Shown here in pieces: positions 6,190-11,038 of a stretch of 11,038 bases of DNA (the stretch's first letter is position 1; every line of letters starts with the position of its first letter). The notes below the pieces were generated by a model, which worked only from the letters and a program-made list of their open reading frames with translations, was not told the DNA's origin and searched no databases. Source of the stretch: an uncultured bacterium (GTDB lineage: Bacteria > SAR324 > NAC60-12). Location of the stretch: positions 1 to 11,038 of the forward strand of contig CBFIJD010000062.1 of the NCBI GenBank assembly GCA_965662845.1. The letters are read 5' to 3'. A program made the position numbers and the translations under genes.

Positions 6190-9042
6190 TTAGAGATGTG
6201 AGGTGAGGAACTTTTTGAGGTCTTCCAGTTGGAAGTTTTGCGCCATCTGCTGGACTTCGATGGCAAAGGGGTGAAACCGTGGGTCTTGCTCTACGAGTTG
6301 CTGGCTTTGTTTCCGCAGTCCATGGACGTCGCCAATCTCCATTGCTTCGAGCCATTGCTGCAGGATCGCTTTGTCGGGCGCCACGAGCGGTTGCTCTGCG
6401 GTTTTTGCGTTTGTAACAGGGGCCTCCGTACGCCACTTGACGGGCAGGTGAGCCTGCAAAATGTCTAGCAGCTGCGGCGTTTCAAAGGGCATGTGCAAGA
6501 AGTCGTTGGCCCCTGCGGCTTTGGCGTCTTCAGGGCGGCGACGCAAATCGGCGGAGTAAGCAATCATCACGGTTTGTCCGAGCTGTTGGCCGCGGAGCTG
6601 CCGCACGACCTCTGTGCCGTCGACATCGGGCAAAATGGAGTCGCACAAAATCAACTGTGGTGTCGCTTTGAGAGCCATGTGCATGCCTGTGCGGCCATCG
6701 CCGGCTTCCCGCAGTTCGAAGTTGAGCGGGGTCAGCAGGTCTTTCACAAACTGACGATTCTCTGGGTGATCGTCGATGATCAAGGTGGAGACGGGGTTCC
6801 CTTCGACTCCGAGCACTCGCTCACTGGATTGGGTGGTCGCGTCTGGTTTTTCGAGGCGGGTCTCTTCGAGGCGCAAATCAAACCAAAACACGGAGCCTTT
6901 GCCGACCTCGCTCGTCACTTGCAGGCGGCTGTCCATCAGGTGCAGGAGCGTCTGGCAAATGGACAGCCCAAGGCCTGTCCCTTCCGCTTTGCGCAGCGCA
7001 TCTCCGACTTGCTGAAAGGGCGCAAAGATTTGCTCTTGATCTTCAGGAGCGATGCCGACACCGGAGTCAATCACGCGGAAGCGCAGCAGATGCGACAAGG
7101 TGTCGCCATGCGGAGTGGCTTGAGTGACTGGGAGGATCTCCATGCGCACTTCGCCACGATCTGTGAACTTGACGGCGTTTGTGAGCAGATTGATCAGCAC
7201 TTGGCGCAGTTTCCGCTCATCGCAAAACACGCCTTTTGGCAGCGAGGGGTCTTCTGTGAGGACATAGCGCAAGCCTTTGCGCTCGGCTTTGAGGCGCACC
7301 ATATCTCCGACGGATTGCAGCAAAATGGGCAAGTGTGCCGGCGCGCTCTCCAGTCCCATGTTGCCGGCTTCGAGCTTGGCAAAATCCAGAATGTCTGTGA
7401 TCAAACGCAGCAGGTGATTGCCGCTCTGCTCAATGACGGTCACTCCGCGTTGTTGCCCCTCATTCAGGGCGCTGTTCCGCAAAATCTGGGCATATCCTAA
7501 AATTCCATTCAGCGGTGTGCGCAGCTCGTGGCTCATCGTCGCCAGAAACTTGCTCTTGGCCTGGTTGGCGGCTTCAGCCTCTTGGCGGGCTTGTTGTGCG
7601 GTTTCCAAGACGCGTTGATATTCCAGCGCGCTGCCAATCAAATCTGCGACGGTTTGGGACAGGCGAATTTCCTTGGCATCTAACTTTCGGGGTTTGCCGG
7701 TGGCGTTGGCCACCAAGACGCCAATGACCTGCCCGTGAACATTCATGGGGCAATACAGCTGCGAGTGAATGTCTTGGCCGTGCAGCCACTCTCGATTTTG
7801 GGCGAGCAGCGCCTCGCCACGAGCTTCTGTGAGCATCAGCGGCTGCCGTTCGTCGAGGAGTCTGCGGTGCAGCTCTGGGTTGAGCAGTTTCCAGCCTGCG
7901 GGGAACGCTTTGCGAGCATCACAAATCGCCACCATCTGCGCTCGTGTCTCGTCGTGCGGCAAATAGAGCGCGATGTGTCCAAGGTCGAGTTCCATGAATT
8001 GCAGATAGCGCTGTAGTACCTGCTCGATGCTCTCCTGTCGGTGGGACTCTGCGAGCACCCGACTGACCTCATAGAGAAACTTGGTCTCTTGCAGCATGAT
8101 CTCGGCGAACATGCGCTGCTGCTGCTCAATCTCGTATAAATTGTTGTTCTCAATGGCGATGGCGATCTGTGCGGCGATGCCTCCGGCCATGTGCTGTAAG
8201 CTCTCGCCAACTTTGGGATCTACGAGGGGATGACACAACACCAGCAAGCCTTTGCTGTGGTCTTGGGCGCGCAGCGGCAGCCACAACATGGACTGTGCGC
8301 CAATGGACTGCAAAAACTGACGCAACTCTGCGCTCAGACCCGGATCTTGCGTGACATTGGTGATCGCGATCAGTTTGCCGGGCTGCTGCACTTCAGCGAA
8401 GCGGGGGTGCTGGGCCAGCGCTTCAAACCAGCTCTGCGCGGCTGCAGGGAAGGTGTGCGCGATGGTTTTCAGGTTGCGCAGTTCAATTTGCCCAATCCAG
8501 ATGCCTTGCCCGTTGAAGAGCCGCGTCATGGAGTCGGCCACTTGCTTCATGCCGTCCTGAAAGTGGGGCATGTTCGCTAGGGTTTGCAGGACGTGATTCA
8601 GCGTTCCAATCTCTTGCACGCGTTGCGCAAGCTCTTCATTGGCCTGCCACAGCAAGTCGGCGTTTTGTTTTTGGGCGTGGATGTCGCGCATGATGAAGTG
8701 CACTTCATCGCTCTCTTCATCCAACACAAGGTTCCACTGGAACCAGCGCGCGCCTTCTTGGGTGTGCAGCGGCACTTCCAACTGACACCGCGGCTCTGCG
8801 GGCGTCAGCGCGAGCAGCTTCTGTTGCATCGTGGGCCAATGCTCCACGACACAGATCTGGCGACAGTGCGTCAGCGGGGCGGTAGGCGACAGTTCGCGCT
8901 GTCCTTGTTCGTTGATGGTGCGCAGGTTCCCTGCCCGGTCACAGGTCCCGATGATTTTGCCAGAGAGTTCAAAGAGACGCTGCAAGCGGTTGTCGGTGTG
9001 AGCGAGCAGCGAAGATGGAGGGGTGGCGGCCATAGCTTCCAT
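6190..9042 (-). CDS. Cytoplasmic hybrid sensor histidine kinase (PAS-GAF-GAF-HisKA-HATPase_c-REC-helical tail)
   Basis: PAS/PAC-like RWFQWN...FIMRDIHAQK. Two GAF-like segments (SMLWLPLR...GLLVL...QIAIAIEN; SQLYCPMNVHGQVIGVL...LIGSALE). H-box KSKFLATMSHELRTPLNGILG (His at 7528-7530), N-box LRQVLINLLTNAVKFT, G1 DSGVGI, G2 GTGLGL. REC with IIDD and LILCD. Start uncertain: ATG 9042 preferred; ATG 9033 or TTG 9105 possible. Confidence 0.92.
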   Translation of the reverse strand: MEAMAATPPSSLLAHTDNRLQRLFELSGKIIGTCDRAGNLRTINEQGQRELSPTAPLTHCRQICVVEHWPTMQQKLLALTPAEPRCQLEVPLHTQEGARWFQWNLVLDEESDEVHFIMRDIHAQKQNADLLWQANEELAQRVQEIGTLNHVLQTLANMPHFQDGMKQVADSMTRLFNGQGIWIGQIELRNLKTIAHTFPAAAQSWFEALAQHPRFAEVQQPGKLIAITNVTQDPGLSAELRQFLQSIGAQSMLWLPLRAQDHSKGLLVLCHPLVDPKVGESLQHMAGGIAAQIAIAIENNNLYEIEQQQRMFAEIMLQETKFLYEVSRVLAESHRQESIEQVLQRYLQFMELDLGHIALYLPHDETRAQMVAICDARKAFPAGWKLLNPELHRRLLDERQPLMLTEARGEALLAQNREWLHGQDIHSQLYCPMNVHGQVIGVLVANATGKPRKLDAKEIRLSQTVADLIGSALEYQRVLETAQQARQEAEAANQAKSKFLATMSHELRTPLNGILGYAQILRNSALNEGQQRGVTVIEQSGNHLLRLITDILDFAKLEAGNMGLESAPAHLPILLQSVGDMVRLKAERKGLRYVLTEDPSLPKGVFCDERKLRQVLINLLTNAVKFTDRGEVRMEILPVTQATPHGDTLSHLLRFRVIDSGVGIAPEDQEQIFAPFQQVGDALRKAEGTGLGLSICQTLLHLMDSRLQVTSEVGKGSVFWFDLRLEETRLEKPDATTQSSERVLGVEGNPVSTLIIDDHPENRQFVKDLLTPLNFELREAGDGRTGMHMALKATPQLILCDSILPDVDGTEVVRQLRGQQLGQTVMIAYSADLRRRPEDAKAAGANDFLHMPFETPQLLDILQAHLPVKWRTEAPVTNAKTAEQPLVAPDKAILQQWLEAMEIGDVHGLRKQSQQLVEQDPRFHPFAIEVQQMAQNFQLEDLKKFLTSHL

Positions 9043-9133
9043 TTGCTTGGGGGGAGACAGACAAAAAAGAGCGGCAACTATAGCGAAAAGCGAGATCGCC
9101 CTCAAATGTAAAAACAGGCAACGCGCTCCGAGC

Positions 9134-10753
9134 TTAGCGCCCCGCAGATTCTTGAGCTTCTAGCAAGCGAGTGAGCTCATAAGGCGTGAAAATGCCTTCG
9201 GTCACTTCGCCGTTGGACAGACGCAGCTGTGTGCCGTCGCGGTTCTCATACAGCGTCCCCATGACGTTGCCTTGTCCGTCTTGCCATTGGACTCCGTAGA
9301 GCGCCTCGCCGTTGGCCTGCGTCGGGACAACCTCGCCGCTGTAGGGGACTTCGCCATAGTTGCTAAGGTTTTGTTGCATCCGCTGGAACTGTTGCTCTAG
9401 TTGCTGCAGTTTGCGTTGCAGCTCCAAAGCGTTGTCAAACTTGGTGAGTTGATTTTCCCAGAACAGATACATCTCGTCCGCGACTTGGAGAACGGCGGGT
9501 TTGCCATTCAAGTCGCTGAGTTCAGCAGGCAGCGCCCCAGAACCGCTCTCCAGGGCGGACTTTGCTTGCACCACCAAGTTGGGGTTCACTTTGCGCGCAG
9601 GGAGATCAAAGCTGAGCCCGACCATCAAGTCCTGGACGTTGGTGGGCTCGGGATTGGACAGCGCCTCGTTTTGCATCTGGCGCGTGGGACCGGACGGGTT
9701 GAAGATCAAATGCGGCAGCTCTTCTATGTTTCCTGGGCGCTGCTCTTTGGGCAGCAGGCTGAACACAAACAGCAGCACCAGCAGCGCGGTGGCGCCGCCG
9801 CACACCCAGGCTAAGGGTCGTATGCGCCGCCTGCCGTATTCGTCTGATTCGTCAGTGGGGTTGACTTTGGCATCAGAGGCAGTCGGTCCCTTGGCTCTCT
9901 CTTGCTCTTCTGGATTGAGCTTCATCAGGTCAGGCGTGAGGATCTCGTCCCCGGTCAGTCGCTGGAGTTCCTCGGCCAGCTGCGCGTTTCGGCGCTGCAC
10001 CCACTTCACTTTGTCTAGCAATTCAAAGCCGTTGGTTTGCATTTGCACTTGACGACAATCGTCGATCAACCGGAGGACGGCCGGTGGGAGCCGCTCTTGT
10101 GGTGGCGGTGTTTTTAGATAGTCTCGGCAGCGGTGACGCAGCTCGGTGGTGAGCATCTGCACCATGGAAAAGAGCGCGTGCCAGCGATCCCGATTCAGCA
10201 GCGGTGGCGGTTGAGGAGTCTTCAGCATCGCCTCGTCCACGGCGGCGCTTTTGTCATCGCGTTTGCGTTGAGACTGCTCCTGCAGGTGTTCCCAATCTTT
10301 CTTGTACTCCCGCCAGTCTGCCCGAAAGGACTCCCACTGCGTGAGCAGCATCTCGCTAAAGTTCTGATGCGCGTTGAAGAGCGTCGCGAGCTCAGGATAT
10401 AGCTCAGGATCCCGCTTGCGAACGTGTAGCGAGAGCTTGCGCATCTGGGTCACTTGGTCATTGACGTCTTGCTGTTGTTGCTCGCATTGGGCCCACTCGC
10501 GTTTGCTGAGCGGCTTCTTCCAGTCCACCACGACGGGATACACGAGCAGCTGCAGGCGTAGCAGCTCTACGAACAGCCCGTCTAAGGAGACCGCGCCGGT
10601 CTTGGGGACGTGCGCCTCAGTCTGTTGCTTCACACGCCCCCACGCATAGGCGATCTCTTTGTCTTTGCGCTCAGGATCCGTCAAGTTGAGGAGGCTGAGC
10701 CAGTCCTCGGCTTGAATCGGTACAAACGGCGGCGTGGAGTCAGCTTCGGGCAT
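9134..10753 (-). CDS. Hypothetical single-pass membrane protein with coiled-coil regions (about 539 aa)
   Basis: Long ORF with natural-looking composition from MPEADSTPP (ATG 10753). Q/E/K/R-rich helical N-terminal part; RRRIR followed by hydrophobic LAWVCGGATALLVLLFVFSLL (about 9750-9815); C-terminal part with a short coiled coil. No family recognised. Confidence 0.75.
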   Translation of the reverse strand: MPEADSTPPFVPIQAEDWLSLLNLTDPERKDKEIAYAWGRVKQQTEAHVPKTGAVSLDGLFVELLRLQLLVYPVVVDWKKPLSKREWAQCEQQQQDVNDQVTQMRKLSLHVRKRDPELYPELATLFNAHQNFSEMLLTQWESFRADWREYKKDWEHLQEQSQRKRDDKSAAVDEAMLKTPQPPPLLNRDRWHALFSMVQMLTTELRHRCRDYLKTPPPQERLPPAVLRLIDDCRQVQMQTNGFELLDKVKWVQRRNAQLAEELQRLTGDEILTPDLMKLNPEEQERAKGPTASDAKVNPTDESDEYGRRRIRPLAWVCGGATALLVLLFVFSLLPKEQRPGNIEELPHLIFNPSGPTRQMQNEALSNPEPTNVQDLMVGLSFDLPARKVNPNLVVQAKSALESGSGALPAELSDLNGKPAVLQVADEMYLFWENQLTKFDNALELQRKLQQLEQQFQRMQQNLSNYGEVPYSGEVVPTQANGEALYGVQWQDGQGNVMGTLYENRDGTQLRLSNGEVTEGIFTPYELTRLLEAQESAGR

Positions 10754-10882
10754 ACAAATTCCGTTCGTTTGGTTTGAAGGTATGGCGTTTTCGTGTAAGT
10801 TAGCTCGTTTTCTTGCAAATTTCCCGCAAGCCTGCATATTTCTGGCCGCTCCTCGGCACTCCCCTCCACCAGCACAACGCGC

Positions 10883-11038
10883 ATGCAACTAGTTGGAATC
10901 GGCTTCAACCCCTCGTTTTGGCGGTTTTTACTGCAACGTATTGAAAAACATACCGTCCATGGGCCTATTATTGGGACGCTGCTGGACGGTGAATGCTTAG
11001 CGCCAGACCACATCGTCGCGACGTGCGATCAGATCGAG
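10883..11038 (+). CDS. Partial (3'-truncated) hypothetical protein, divergent from the - strand cluster
   Basis: ATG at 10883 opens a frame that runs without a stop to the window edge: MQLVGIGFNPSFWRFLLQRIEKHTVHGPIIGTLLDGECLAPDHIVATCDQIE. Too short to assign. Confidence 0.5.
   Translation, partial: MQLVGIGFNPSFWRFLLQRIEKHTVHGPIIGTLLDGECLAPDHIVATCDQIE

Noticed and set aside
6493..7500. 335-aa + strand ORF, and other antisense ORFs over ftsY, the kinase and the membrane protein
   Set aside because: Antisense shadows of well-supported genes in GC-rich DNA, with no recognisable motifs.
10754..10888. N-terminal extension MHARCAGGG... of the 584-aa ORF
   Set aside because: Atypical composition, and it would fill the divergent intergenic region and overlap the ATG at 10883. 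The 10753 start is preferred.
1..11038. CRISPR array, tRNA/rRNA, IS element or integrase gene
   Set aside because: No regularly spaced direct repeats, RNA-gene signatures, or transposase or tyrosine-recombinase motifs were seen.

Overview
Bacterial chromosomal window, roughly 55-60% GC by eye and Gram-negative-like. Positions 1-373 are the downstream end of an integron gene-cassette array: an AT-rich (about 35% GC over 1-300) partial ORF of unknown function, then a well-formed 60-bp attC site (314-373) and a short AT-rich remnant. No integrase is in the window. The rest is mostly core genes. On the + strand are rodA, gltX and a secreted protein (TolB_N/CsgG/LpoB-like domain, disordered linker, FGE-sulfatase domain). 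Converging on the - strand are an unknown single-pass membrane protein, a PAS-GAF-GAF hybrid histidine kinase and ftsY. A divergent partial ORF starts at the right edge. Smaller oddities: rodA lacks its usual mrdA neighbour, GluRS has Ser at the tRNA-discriminating Arg position, FtsY has an N-terminal hydrophobic anchor, the kinase receiver domain has Met in place of the conserved Lys, and the host genes lack Shine-Dalgarno motifs. All calls come from reading the sequence by eye; no searches were run.
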